A stretch of DNA of 64,000 nt from Octopus sinensis. Taxonomy: Eukaryota. A program made the translations under genes and the position numbers. Under the pieces are notes generated by a model that worked only from the letters and a program-made list of their open reading frames with translations, was not told the origin of the DNA and ran no database searches. Shown piece by piece: positions 12,096-26,000 of the stretch (position 1 is the stretch's first letter; each line of letters opens with the position of its first letter). The DNA lies in the NCBI RefSeq assembly GCF_006345805.1, contig NC_043011.1:52402464-52466463 (forward strand), in the 5' to 3' direction.

Positions 12096-15000
12096 TGTAA
12101 TTTCACGCCAACTCATCTGCTTATTAATGTGACTTTAATAACAAAAACCTGAGCCATCACTTTTTTTCTCTTTAATTTCAGTGATTTGCAGGTGTTGAAA
12201 ACCTTGTTTGATGTTGTTAATGCATCCGAGATAAACTTACAGGTAAGAATTTATTACTGAAGTAAACAGTGGCCATGTGGTAAGAAGCCTACTTCTCAAC
12301 CACATGATTCCAGGTTCAGTCCCACTGCGTGGCACCATGGGCAAATGTCCTCTGCTATAGCCTTGGGCTGACCAAAGCCTTCTGAGTGGATTTGGCAGAC
12401 GGAAACTGAAAGAAGCTTGTCATATATATAGATACATATGTAGATATCAACGTTTGTGTGTTTGTCACCCCATCATCACTTGACAACCAGTGTTGGTGTG
12501 TTTACATCCTTGTAACTTAGCAGTTCGGCAAACAGACTAATACCATGAGCAGTCTTACCTATGTTAGCATGGAAAAGTGGATGTCAAATGGTATAAGGGT
12601 CCTTGTTTGTCCCCTCTGTGTTTAGCCCCTTGTGGGTAGTAAAGAAATACATATGTTAAAAAAAAAAAAAAAAAAAAAAGGCGGCGAGCTGGCAGAACCG
12701 TTAGCACACCGGGCGAAATGCTTAGCAGTATTTCGTCTGCGTTACGTTGAGTTCAAATTCCGCCGAGGTCGACTTTTCCTTTCATCCTTTCGGGGTCGAT
12801 GAATTAAGTACCAGTTATGCACTGGGGTCGATGTAATCGACTTAATACCTATGTCTGTCCTTGTTTGTCCCCTCTGTGTTTAGCCCCTTGTGGGTAGTAA
12901 AGAAATAGGTATAAGGGTGCTTGAGCCATTGGCGGTGGCAGCGGTCTTCTTCTTCTTCTTCTTTATCACCATCATTATTATCCTGTTGAAATACATGAAT
13001 TCATGTGTTTGTTTCTTCTGTCATTCTTTTGTTCACCATTACAGGATTTCAATGAAGAGGTAAACACAAAAGAAATCATTGAAAGTCACACCACTTCCAG
13101 ACATTTTTCTTTGGAAGCACAAGCATTAGAACAGTTTAGGTATTTTGCTTGTTATTTCTGAAATATTTTCTTTATACTTATTTAAAGTCTTTAATTCATC
13201 ATTATGTTATATACATTCTCTTTCAGTGCCTTATTATTTAACATCCTCACCAGTAAAGTTTCCACTCATTTACTTATTTATCTTTTTTTTACCTAAAATT
13301 TTTGTTACAAAATATATATATTTTGGTACAAATGTTGTATATCTATAACATTTGTACAAAAATATTTGTTCATTGTGCAAAAAAAAAAAATCAGAGCTTG
13401 AAATAAATGTATGACCCAAGCATTTCTTGTCAAATTTATGCTTCAAAATCTAAGGTTTATAAACCAGCCAAGAATTTGCTATATTATATTTCTTTTGTTG
13501 GGGAAAATGTCTGTATTTTTAACATTTTGGGGCTACAAAAACCATTTAAAAGAGAGTTTTGGCTAAGCCTTTACAATCTGATGTAACTGTTCAGAGAAAA
13601 ATTTATTCAAAAGGGCCATCTGCGTGGAAAGTAGTAGTTAACTTAATGATAATATATGTGACATAGAAAGTATTAAATAGCTAACTACAGGCACATCTAT
13701 TATTTTTCAGAATCTTTGGTTCCAAAGCTTTTCTAGATAACTGATTTTTAGAACCAGAAGCAGTTACCTGTAATTCAAACAAATATTAAATTTACTTAAA
13801 TAATTAAATGAAATATTGGTACCAGTATATTAGTATAAACAATACAAGTTTATTAATACTGTACTGTGCAAGGTACTAGTCTGCACAAGGTACCAATAAA
13901 TTAGTCTAGCTGCTGCAGTAATTTGAAGTTCCTGCTTGTAAATAAGTGCAGATTATAAAAGATCCTGGCCAATCAGTGTTTAGGAAGTTGGTTTGATACC
14001 TGTGATGAAAAAAAATATAGCAGTCAATTATTAATATTATTTTTGTTTTTTCAGCAAGTTTGAGAGAAAATTTCTGAGGTATTTGATCTTATTATGACCA
14101 CATCTGCAGATCTTGTACATTTACTTAGTGATTCTTCCATCACTCCTTCAGCAGGAACGGTGAAAGCTGTGCTTCTCTGATGAGATCACAATAAGATTAG
14201 AATATGTCAAGAGCAGTCTCCCTTTACTTGCTGAAAAATTGTAACTGATATTTATCATTGACTGGTATTATTTATTTATTCCTCACTTCTTAATTATTTT
14301 GAATTTGCTTTTAATTGCTCCCTGCATTAAATATACTAACTATCCTAACCATTGCTTATTTGTGTTTGCCTATTTAACTGACCCATGGCTATAGATTATC
14401 TTATGAAACATTACAGATAAGTTACTAATTTGATGGTGAATATGATGGTGGGAAGTTGATGCCGTAATGAGGGTCATAACAATAAATGCTTACAACTTGT
14501 GTTTTTTTTATTTTCACTTCAATCAATACAATGCTCAGTTCATAGCCATTTGAATTTCACTGGTCTTTCTTTCAGCCGTAGATACAAGAATTGTAGGAAC
14601 TTCAGCCATCTTTCTAAATATATCGACACAATATTTTCATGTCTTGTGAAGAACCGTTTATGCAGTTGGTAAGAAATGCTTTGTTTTTATTCTATTCTAT
14701 TTTTATATATTACTCTTATGTTGCTAGTGTTGACGATGGTGTTGTTGTTGTAATCTTGGGTAGTAAGTACTCTTAATCCATCATCTAGTTTAATACCACT
14801 ACAAGGTCCCCAGGTGCCTTTAGCATGATTTAATCTGTTGTAAGAACTAGGGACAGATTTCCACTCTAAAGATAAACCTATTTCTTGATGCTCTGCTTTC
14901 CATTCCCTACAACTCTAAAGATAAACCTATTTCTTGATGCTCTGCTTTCCATTCCCTACAGCAGCAACCAGCAAGTTGTACTTTCTCCTTCCCCCTTTTT

Positions 15001-17052
15001 TTTTTCACCTCTCACCAGTCTTAGAGTCCCTTAAAATAGACATGAGTGTTGCTTTTCCTTCCCTGACTAAGCCACAAAAATTAAATACATAAGTGTTTAT
15101 GTGATTACCCCTTTAGCATTTAAACTGATGATATCCAGCACAAATGTTCTTCCTGTTTTAGATTCAAACAGGCCAGATCCAGACTCTCACACCTACCCTA
15201 CAATGTCCTTCTAAAAATGAACAATCACATCATCAAAATCCCTAAGCTACAAGATAATCCATGATTAATTCAAAACCATAAATAAAGCTTTATATTTGAC
15301 AGAGTAATCTGAATGCTAAAGGGTTAAGGTGTTCATTTTGCAATCACTTGACTCTGGGTTTGATTTCTCCACCTTCCTCCTTGCCCAAGTGTCTTCTACC
15401 ATAGCTTTGATTGATTTGTCAGTTATTTTCATTCTTTTAGCCTTCACCCACTCACTTCAATTACAAGTACTGACTCACCTTACTTCATTATTTCTTCTCC
15501 TATTCTTTATCTATTTCCCTCTTATTTTCTTTTCCTCTCAGTCATAATCTGTCTCCACCTCTTTTTTTTCACATACATTTTGATATCATACATGAATTTC
15601 TTTCTCTCTCTCTGTGCTACTTCATCCCATTTACGTCTTTGGTTCTTCCTCTCTGTTTCTAAAGCTGTGAAATCTTTCATGTATTAATTTCAGCTCTTCT
15701 TTATTAACAACTGCATTGCTTCTTTCCAGTTAAGCTGACATCTGACTCTTCAAAGAATACTAATGTAACTAGTTGTGCCTTCTCTTGAATACAAGTGTAA
15801 CTAGTTGTGACTTCTCTTGAAAATGGACAAAATTTGGCATCATGGTGTTATCAGGCGGCTGCAGAAAAAGGCTTCAGCCCCCAAGGACATTCATGTTTAC
15901 ATGGTTGCTACATTAGGGGATGATGCACCAGGTTTATCAACAGTGCAAAAATGAGAAGCTGAACTTAGGAGGGAAACAGAGTCTTGAAGATGACCCTAGG
16001 TCTGGATGTCCTGCATCTACCACTACCAAGGGAAACATTTATCATGTTCACCACATGCTGGTGGATGACAGGTGATTGACTATAAATCAAATACCCAATG
16101 CTATTAGCATATCTTGTGAGGGAGTTGAGAATATTCTGCACAATGAACTTGGCATGATGAGCATTTCTGGTTGGTGGATGCCACATCTCTTAATAGCTGA
16201 TCAAAAGCACAGCAGGCTGATCACATGATGAGAAAATCTAACTCTGTTTGAAGCAGATTCAGCTGGTTTCCTCGAAGGTTTCCTAAGCCCAGATGGGTGT
16301 TAGGTTCATTACTTTGAGCCAGAGGCAAACAGACAATCCATGCAGTGAAAACACCCCTCTTCATCTCCAAAGAAGGCCAAAGTCATTTCATTTGCAAGGA
16401 AGATGATGGCCTCAGTTTTTTGGGATGTGAAAGGCATTGTGTTTATTGACCATCTTCAAAAGGGCCACACCATCAATGGAGAGTATCATGCCAACTTGCT
16501 GAGACAGTTACGAAAAGCTATCAAGAACAAAAGAACCAGGAAAACTGATGAAAGGGGTCTTGTTTCATGAGGACAATGCTCCAGCACACAAGTTACAGGT
16601 TTCAATGGCTGCTGTGCATGACTGTGGCTTTGAATTGGTTGATCACTCTCTCTATTCTTTTGATTTGGCCCCATCTGACTATTATATGTCCCCTAACATG
16701 AAAAAGCAGTTGGCTGGGAACTAATATCACAGCGATGATGATGTCATATCTGCTGTTGACTAACAAGATGAAAGCTTCTTCACCAATGGTATCCAAGCAC
16801 TTCAATACTAATGGAAGAAGAGTGTGGACTGCTAGGGGAAAAGTAAACCTCATTTAGTAACATTCCAAGCAAATATCTTGGTCAGCCTATGGACTTTTCA
16901 GTTACCCTCATATACGTGCATGTGTATGTATATATACACACACACACACATATATATACATGTATGTATACACATGTATATATACACAATCTATACATAC
17001 ACACACACATACATATATACACACACACATACATACATACACACACATGCAT

Positions 17053-17092
<40 letters not shown>

Positions 17093-20000
17093 ACAGAGGC
17101 AAGAGATTTCTGTCTCTCTTAGATACACAGACGCTCAATTAAATTATCACATAGCTACTGCCCCCAATGTAAAGAACATCACTACCTTCAAACAACATCA
17201 AGAACCCACTCCAAGTTGTAGCTCTCAGGAGTCTGGAGCTTGCTCACTTGATTGGACATGCATGATATAGTGGTACATGAAGCAAAAGTTACAGCAACAC
17301 TACATGTAAACCTAACTGTAAAGAAGAATTACAATGGGTTATGCAAAGACGATTTGAAAAGTTGCTATGGTAACCATCTGTCTTCTTTCCAGCACATTGA
17401 CAAAAGTAAAGCCTCTATTTTGGCCAGCCATGTATGGGGCTTTAGGACCAACTTCATGCCACATACAATCAAGTGGAAAATCTTAGAAAAATCCATACCA
17501 TGTGTTAATGAGTCTAAGAAATGTAAGTTATGTGTAACTGAAAGATCACATATCCTTTTTAGATCTAAGAATTCCACTGCTGAATTCAGCAAATTTTCAT
17601 CAGAATTTTCAGCAAATGTAAACATATGGAGGACATCACCCACTCTCCAGTGTGAGCAGCTGTATTGCAGACTTTAGACCCCTTCTGTTGACACAACAGC
17701 AACTAGCCTGTTTATGGCTTTACAGACGAAAGGGACATAACTCTAATTTTCCCCTTTTTTTTCCTTTTCATGTTTTTTTCTCACCTTTCCACATTTTGCA
17801 TTCACCTTCCTCTTTTTTTTTTCGTTGTTTCTCTTGTTTTATTGTCCTGATTTGTGACTTGTATAGGCCATGTGCTCAGAGCCTGAAGATTTCTTGGAGA
17901 CACTAGGTGTGTTGTAAAAACCTTCTTAGATCACGTTTCTAATGTATGAAAGTGCTAGTAGCTCATAACTATATACTGTGTCCTTTAAATTAAATATGTA
18001 TTCATATAGTAATGACTTTTTGCCAACATAATGTGGCAGTCCCAGGATGGGACGAATGTTACTGTTATTTAGCCCCAGGAAACATCGTTCCCAGCTGGCT
18101 ACACGACACAAAATTTTCTGTGTCCTTATATTTTCGAACAGAGGAGATCAATAGCTCCACCCAGCACAGTAACATTCGTCCCATCCTGGGACTTCCACAT
18201 TATGTTGGCAAAAAGTCATTACCTTATGGTTCTATTACTGTATCTCTCTCTTTGAGAGATTTATAAATAATAAAATTTCTATCTTGTATAGTGCTGCCGC
18301 ATGGCTGAAATGAGTAAAAGAGTAATATAGTGCTTTACTTCCTCTGTTTTGTCCAGGAAATGGAAGCAACTTATTCCTCCAGACAACCTTCTGCGTCTGT
18401 TAGTTTCATTACGTATTATAATGAGGGACAAAACCTACCGAACTCTGTTTTTTGACTTAAATGGAATCAAAAGTTCAGCTGAGGTAGGAAAGACTGCTTT
18501 TTCATTTCTTTTCTTTTACATTTTTACTTTTTTAATGTTAAAGTAGTTGTATGCTATCAACTTAATGTGACAGTCACATGAAGAGAATAATATTACTGTT
18601 ATTTAGCCCTAGGAAGTAGCAACGCTTCCTAGGGCTAAATAGCAGTAGTATTATTCCCTTCATGGGACTGTCACATTAAGTTGACAGCATACAACTACTT
18701 TATTATATCACTACTGCATAGATCTCTCTGAGAAATTTAGAAATATATTACTTCTATTTTTTAATGTTGTTTTTAAACTAAAACATGATGGTGAATTAAT
18801 GCAATTGTTAGAACATCATATTAAAGCACCTTGTGGTATATGTTCTAACTCTAGTCTTTAAGTTCAGATCCTCCCTTTCATCATTTTTAGGTTAAATGAA
18901 GTACCAGCTAAGGATGAAAGATTGACAGAATTGTTGGAGGGTCCAACGAGATACCCTGTAGTATTTGTTCTGATGGTAACACTTCTGCTAAAGCTGATTC
19001 CATGCTGTATTGGACCCCTTTTTTCTTTTTAGTAAGGAGGGGATCAACATTGGTAACATAGAGTGGATAAAGTTGCATACAAGGGCAACTACTGGCCGGT
19101 TTCCCGGTTTCCTTGGCATATAGGTTCCCCACCTGGACGGGACGCCAGTCCATCACAGGTGAGATGCAAGATGCAGGAGGAAAGAGTAAGAGAAAGTTGC
19201 GGTGAAAGAGTCAGCAGAAGTTTGCCATTACCTTCTGCCGGAGCCGCATGGAGCTTAGGTGTTTCACTCATAAACACACACATCACCCGGTCTGGGATTC
19301 GAACCCGCGATCCCTCGACTGCGAGTCCACTGCTCTAACCACTAGGCCATGTGCCTCCACACAAGGTGCAGTGTGGTATGTAGAGTACTGTATGTAGTTT
19401 AGTAAGTTGTATAAGGCCCAGTTAGATGTATTGTGCAATATCCAGGTCATAATGTGACCTCGTGTGTACCGTTGGCGATTTTTTTCCTCTGTCTTCCCCT
19501 CTCCTATGTTTCCGACGAAGAGCTCTGCTCGAAACGTTAAACCCTCCTTCTTCCCTTCTTTCCTGAGCGTCCAATAATACTATATTTGTTCCATGTCTTC
19601 GCGTTGTTGTGTTTTTTTTTGTGTTTTCTTGTTTGGATTAACTTCATATTTTATAAGGTGTAGTGTGTGGTACCACAGTCTACCATGTTTTATAAAGTGC
19701 AATATGATATTGTGACCATGTTGTATCTAAAATGCATTTTCGATTTACTGAACTTTGTACCTGGAATTTAATGAAGTTAGAAATATTTTGTTTAATTTCT
19801 GTCTTATTTTTTCACTATTATTTTCTATTTTTCTTATTTTCTTTCTTCTTCAGATTCTGAAAGAAAATGTGAATCGCTATCTGCAATATGGAGAAACTCC
19901 TTATGTTCGAGAAATCTTAAAAGAAGTTACTAGTGAGCTATCAATCAAGTCAATATTTCATTCATCCTTTGTAGTGGTGGTGATGGTGTTGGTGGCAGTG

Positions 20001-23000
20001 GTAGGTGGGAATGGTTGAGATGACAGAACACTGAATTGGAAATGTCTCATGTTCTGTTATCTAATAGGCACAGGCATGGCTGTGTGGTAGGAAATTAGCT
20101 TCCCAACCACATGGCTCCAGGTTCAGTCCCACTGCATGGCACCTTGGGCAATTTTCTTCTACTGTAGCCTTGGACTGACAAAAACCTTGTGAGCGGATTT
20201 GATAGATGGAAACTAAAAGAAGCCTGTCATTTGTATGTGTGTCTTGATGTCTGTGTTTGTCCTCCACTGCTGCTTGACAAACAAACCAGTGATGGTTTGT
20301 TTGCATCCCTGTAACTTAGTGGTTTGGCTAAAGAGACCAATAGAACAAGTACTTGGGTTGATTCATTTGACTAAAAATTGCTCAAAGCAGTGCTCCAGCA
20401 TGGCTACAGTTTAATGATTGACACAAGTTATAGATAAAAGGTAATATTTCAGTGCCTTTAATTTAGAAATAAAGGTCCTTAGATCACACCAAGTCTGGTA
20501 CTATGCAGTTCCAACATGACTTCAGTTTAATGAATGAAATTAGTAAAAGAAGAAAGATTATCCCAAAAGGAGACACCTGTTGATTGAAATAAATAATAAT
20601 TTCTAATGTTGTTATGAGGTCACACAATATGAGATGATGGGTTTTAGGCTCTTCAGCCGACCCTTGTATTTTGGTATTTTGTTGATTCCAGAAGGATAGT
20701 AAGTGGAATTAACATGTATAGGATTTGAACTCAGAACATAAAGGGTGTATTTAACTGCACAAGGTACTTTGTCCAACACTCTAAGGAATCTGTCAGTCCA
20801 CTCACTGCCTTGTAGATCATCCTTATTATCATCATTTTAATATTTGGTTTTCCATGCTTGCATGGGTCATGGGTCAGACAGAATTAATTGAGGTAGTTGT
20901 TTTATGGCCAAATGCTCTTCCTATCACCAACCCTTATTTGTTCCCAAGCAAGGTAATACCTCCCATGACTAGACATATTTTTCATGGAATACTGGAAGCA
21001 AAGAATATTGGTTATCTTCTGACAGTGATGCTTGTTTAGATCCATCATGTGATGTCAAGGCAAGCACTCTTACACACACACACACACACACATGCATATA
21101 TATACATGCATACATACATATATGCCATATATATAAAGCACCATTTGAGTATAGCCATTGCCAGAGCTGCCTGACTGGCCCTCGTGCCAGTGGCACGTAA
21201 AAGCACCCACTACACTCTCGGAGTGGTTGGTATTAGGAAGGGCATCAAGCTGTAGAAACTCTGCCAGATCAGATTGGAGTCTGGTGCAGCCATCTGGTTC
21301 GCCACACCTCAGTCAAATCGTCCAACTCATGGTAGCATGGAAAGCAGACATTAAACGATGATGATATATATATATATATATGATGATGTGTGTGTAAACC
21401 ATGAAAGTACAGAGAAGTAAACAAACAGATGTCAAATGGTTGAATGACCAAATCCAAGCTTCTCTGCTAGTTTCTCAACAGTTATGATAGGATTTTGTTC
21501 CACCAGAGTTTGCAGGATGTCCTCGTTGAGCTCTACAGATCTTCTAGGATGAGACTTGTTTTCTATTCTGTAGTTTCCGGTTTGGAATTTCTGGAACCAC
21601 CGTTGACACTGGCTTACACTTATTGTCTGATCCCCATATACTGCATTAATATTCCTCACACTTTCCAATGCATTGTTGCCTTCATTGTACTCACAAAACA
21701 AAATATGCTCCTTTGTCACTTCCATCATAGCTTTAAGAAAAAAATGCATTATTTATGGGATGACCAATATATTGTGCTGGATGGTTTTGGTGCATTACTT
21801 TTGGCCCACTCTGTGTATTATTGTTTTGTTTTTTTTTGTGTATATACACTCTGCATATATTCTTTATGTATTGCTAGCTCTTTATGTGATACACTCTATT
21901 TAATGAAAGCTTGTAATGTAATAAACTCTATTACTATTAGTCATTTATGTAATTCTTTACTATGTTTGGAGTTAATTATCTACATAATATAACTCTGTTC
22001 TTTTAGTTTCATATGTAGCATTTCTCCTTTATCTAATACATACCAAATAACATTTGTCCTTTGTGTCAAATAACCATCATCATCATCACCATTTAACATT
22101 CTGTTTTCCATGTTTATCATGGATTGGATGATTTGACAGGAGCTGGCAAGCCAGAGGACTACCCTAAGGTCCACTGTCTATTTTGGCAGGGTTTCCGTGA
22201 CTGGATGTCCTTCCTAACGGTAATCATTTTGCAAAGTGTACTGAGGTGAATTTTACATGGCACCAGCAAGGTCATCAAGTAACTTGCAGGCAAGACCCCT
22301 CAACTGTGATGAGGTGTGGTATTGAGGGAGGTGGCTTTGTATCAGGTGAGGAGTGATTAGAGCATGGATAGAAGGACAGAAACAGGTGTCTTGCTGTAGA
22401 GGAGACACATGGCTACCCCAGTTAGAAATGAAGGAGGAGAGAGAAAGAGATGGTGATGAAGGTATGTTGGGGCATACCCTCAAGTTACAAGGTGTTGACT
22501 CTGCCTGTTACCTAGTGTAGCTAAACCAGATATAGAGCAAGGGCATTACATGGAAAACCACTGTTATCTTATACAAAGTTTCCATATTTTTGTTTTCGTT
22601 CCAGATATATTCCATAAATTATCTACCTGTGCAGATCAAAGAAAATGGCTCCTTGCAGCTGATGTATATCAGGTAAATGTCATTTTTCATATATAATGCA
22701 ATGGGTTCATAAGAGTACCATTAAAGAATTTATGCTTATGTAGGGATTTCAGTAAAAGGGCACACCGAAAACTTGTCCCTGTAAACCTCAGCAGATTAAC
22801 CCTTTAGCATTCAAATTACTTTGTGAGATGTAATACTTATTTATTTACATTGCTTTGAATTAATCATGAATTGTCTCATAGTTTTGAGATTTGGATGATA
22901 CGATTGTTTGTTTTTAGAAAGACAATGAAGGGCAAGTGTGAGAGGCTGGACCAGGCCAGTTTGAACAAAAAAAAAAAAAAGAGAATATTTAGCCCAGAAA

Positions 23001-26000
23001 TGGCTGGCTTGAATGCTGAAGGGTTGCAGAAAGCAGTTTCATAAATCAATCTTTTGTTGAGGAATGTCATGTTCAAAACTAATTTTTTTTTGAGACAATT
23101 CAAGTTTATTGTGGCAACATGACATGAAGAAAATACTAATTTAACATTATTACTGGAATAACTATCAGTAAAGGTTAACATACTCTTTGTTTACTCTTTA
23201 CTCTCTCTTTTACTCTTTTACTTGTTTCAGTCATTTGACTGCGGCCATGCTGGAGCACCGCCTTTAGTCGAGCAAATCGACCCCGTGACTTATTCTTTGT
23301 AAGCCCAGTACTTATTCTATCGGTCTCTTTTGCCGAACCGCTAAGTGACGGGGACGTAAACACACCAGCATCGGTTGTCAAGCAATGCTAGAGGGACAAA
23401 CACAGACACACAAACACATACATATATATACGACAGGCTTCTTTCAGTTTCCGTCTACCAAATCCACTCACAAGGCTTTGGTCGGCCCGGGGCTATAGCA
23501 GAAGACACTTGCCCAAGATGCCACGCAGTGGGACTGAACCCGAAACCATGTGGTTGGTTAGCAAGCTACTTACCACACAGCCACTCCTGCGTTTATTCAT
23601 TTTTTTTTTTTTTTTTCTTCTTCTCATCATAGTCTTTGGTTTTGCTGATTTCGTTTCCTGATCTTCTCCTGGTCCATTGTTCCTTGCATTGCCTGATAAC
23701 ATTGACCAAAAGGTAAATCTTTTCTTTGAATTATCTCAGTGCAATACAGGAATAAAAGTTATTATAAAATTATATTTCAAAGTCCAAAACATGGCCATGG
23801 TGATATGAATGAATTACGAGAGGACATTGATGTATTTTTAATTTCAACGCAACAATATCATTGTCAGGTGGTAGATTCATTGATGTCAAACAAAATGCCT
23901 GTCATATTTAATTGCCATTCTTTACATTCTGAGTTCAAATTCTGCCAAGGTCAGCTTTGTCTTTCATTTTCCCAGGGTTGATAAAATTTTTACACACACA
24001 CTGCATTTTCCAGCGTACAAGTCAGTCTAGTTATATAGCGTAAATATATAGTGTAAACATTCAATCTTCATCACTATCTTTCCAAATCCTGGCTTTTCTG
24101 ATCGACCAAATTTGTCTTGATGCATAAGTAAATCTACCTTTTTTTTTCTATAAATTTTGGTTTAAAAAATTCAACTTGTATGCCAGAGAATATGATATAT
24201 ATGGGACAACTTTCTGAAAGCCAGATCAATGCTTTGGGAAAATATTTTCTTCAATTCCCAATATTTTGGGCTGAGATGAAAAGCTCTATTCTTGAGATGG
24301 TGATACAGTAAAAAAAAAAAAAAAAAGAAAAGAAGGCTCAATCCAAAACATCCAGATTTCTAAGAGAAGTATTGGGACAAGGTGACAAGCAAGGGCACCA
24401 GTCTCACCCAAAAATGGGCTGAGAGAAAGTTATACTTGAAAGGTCGAGCAGAGGTGGTGAATGCATACATCCCCCTCTGTCATATATTACTACCTTGTCA
24501 AACCGGACTGGAGTGCCTACTCTTCAACTTTCTGTAGAAGGGACGCATTCCACTGGTCAAGTGCAGACAAACTTACAGAACTTTATACTTTAACAATCAA
24601 AGAAATATCTGCTGACACATGCCAACACCAGTTTCCCTGGATTCTGACTGGTGTTTTTCCACCCCATCATCCATCACAATTTACTGTAATTTTCTTTCTT
24701 TTTGCTTAATTCTAATTACTTTTGTCATTTCTAAATTGCTATCAGTTTTAATTTTATCCTCCTGCCTCTTTTTCTTTTGCAGTCCAGAAGCTTGCAAACT
24801 TGTTGGACATCTTAATGTTGTTGAGATTTTACTAAAGATTATCCAAGAATATGATGACACATCTAAAAAGTAAGATATGGTTTAATGTCAGATAGATATC
24901 AGGTATTTCTTTCTCACCCTTTACAAGCCTAGCCAGGCTTATGAACCCGGTTTCTGTGGCATATGTATTCCCCCCAGCTGGACGGGACGCAAGTCCATCG
25001 CAGCGTTACTCAAGAAACAGGAAGAGAGAGTGAGAGACAGTCGTGGCAAAAGAGTACAACAGGGGTCACCACCACCCACTGCCAGAGCCTCCAGGAACTT
25101 TTAGGTGTTTTCGCTCAATAAACACACACAATCTCCTGTCTGGGAATCGAAATTATGATCCTCCGACTGCGAGTCCGCTGCCCTAACCACTGGGCCATTG
25201 CACCTCCACAGATATCAGGTATGAAGTGTATTTTCTCAGTTTCAAAAATGTACATAGAGTATATACTGTAGAGGTTAGGACAAATTTGTGTGAGGTATGG
25301 TCTGGCCATGGAGACACTGTGGTCATCCTTGTTGTCCTCTTTGTTGTTCTTCTTCAAACTTTTCAATGTTGTTTTGTCTAACCCATGCAAGCATGGAAAT
25401 GTAGTAAAAATGATGATGATGATGAAGGTGATAAATTGAGAAACCTGTGCAGTTTATTTTAGTAGAAAATAAAGTCAAGAAATTGTGTGAAGCAAAATAG
25501 TCAAACAATAATGCTTTTTACCATTCCTAGCTAAGTATTTCTGCTTCTAAATTCATTCATGCCAGACATGTTATTTTGTGTGTTTCAGGTTAGCCTCCAC
25601 TCTCCTACGTGCACTTCTGTGTGATGATCAACAGAGCAGGGAATTGGTCAAGAATTATGAAGGAATACCTGTCTTGCTCAGGTGTGTATCACAGTTGTAA
25701 CTAGAATAATAATGTAAGGAATACAGCACCAACCACATGGTTTGGGGTTCAGTCTTACTGTGTGGCACCTTAAACAAATGTCTTCTACAGTAACCCTGGG
25801 CCAACCTAAGCTTTGTGAGTGAATTTGGTTAATGGAACTGACAAAAGCTCATTGTGTGTGTGTGTGTGTGTGTGTGCATGTGTGTGTGTGTTTTCATGTT
25901 TGTGTTTCTTTGTTTTGGAATTGCATGATAGTTGCAAATGAGTGGCAAACTGGCAGAATCGTTAACACACCAGGAAAATTGCTTAGTAGCATTTTATGTC

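Noticed and set aside
14172-14214. CTGATGA-GATC..GATT-AGAATATGTC hammerhead-like string
   Set aside because: GAAAC is not intact and stem I is imperfect; at best a decayed relic.
17878-17910. CTGAAGA motif downstream of the Penelope endonuclease remnant
   Set aside because: The position fits a pLTR hammerhead, but GAAA and stem II are too degraded to call.
19260-19360. tRNA-like sequence with A and B boxes (also 49362, 54374)
   Set aside because: It continues into a repeated SINE body and lacks a proper acceptor stem and terminator, so it is a SINE head and not a tRNA gene.
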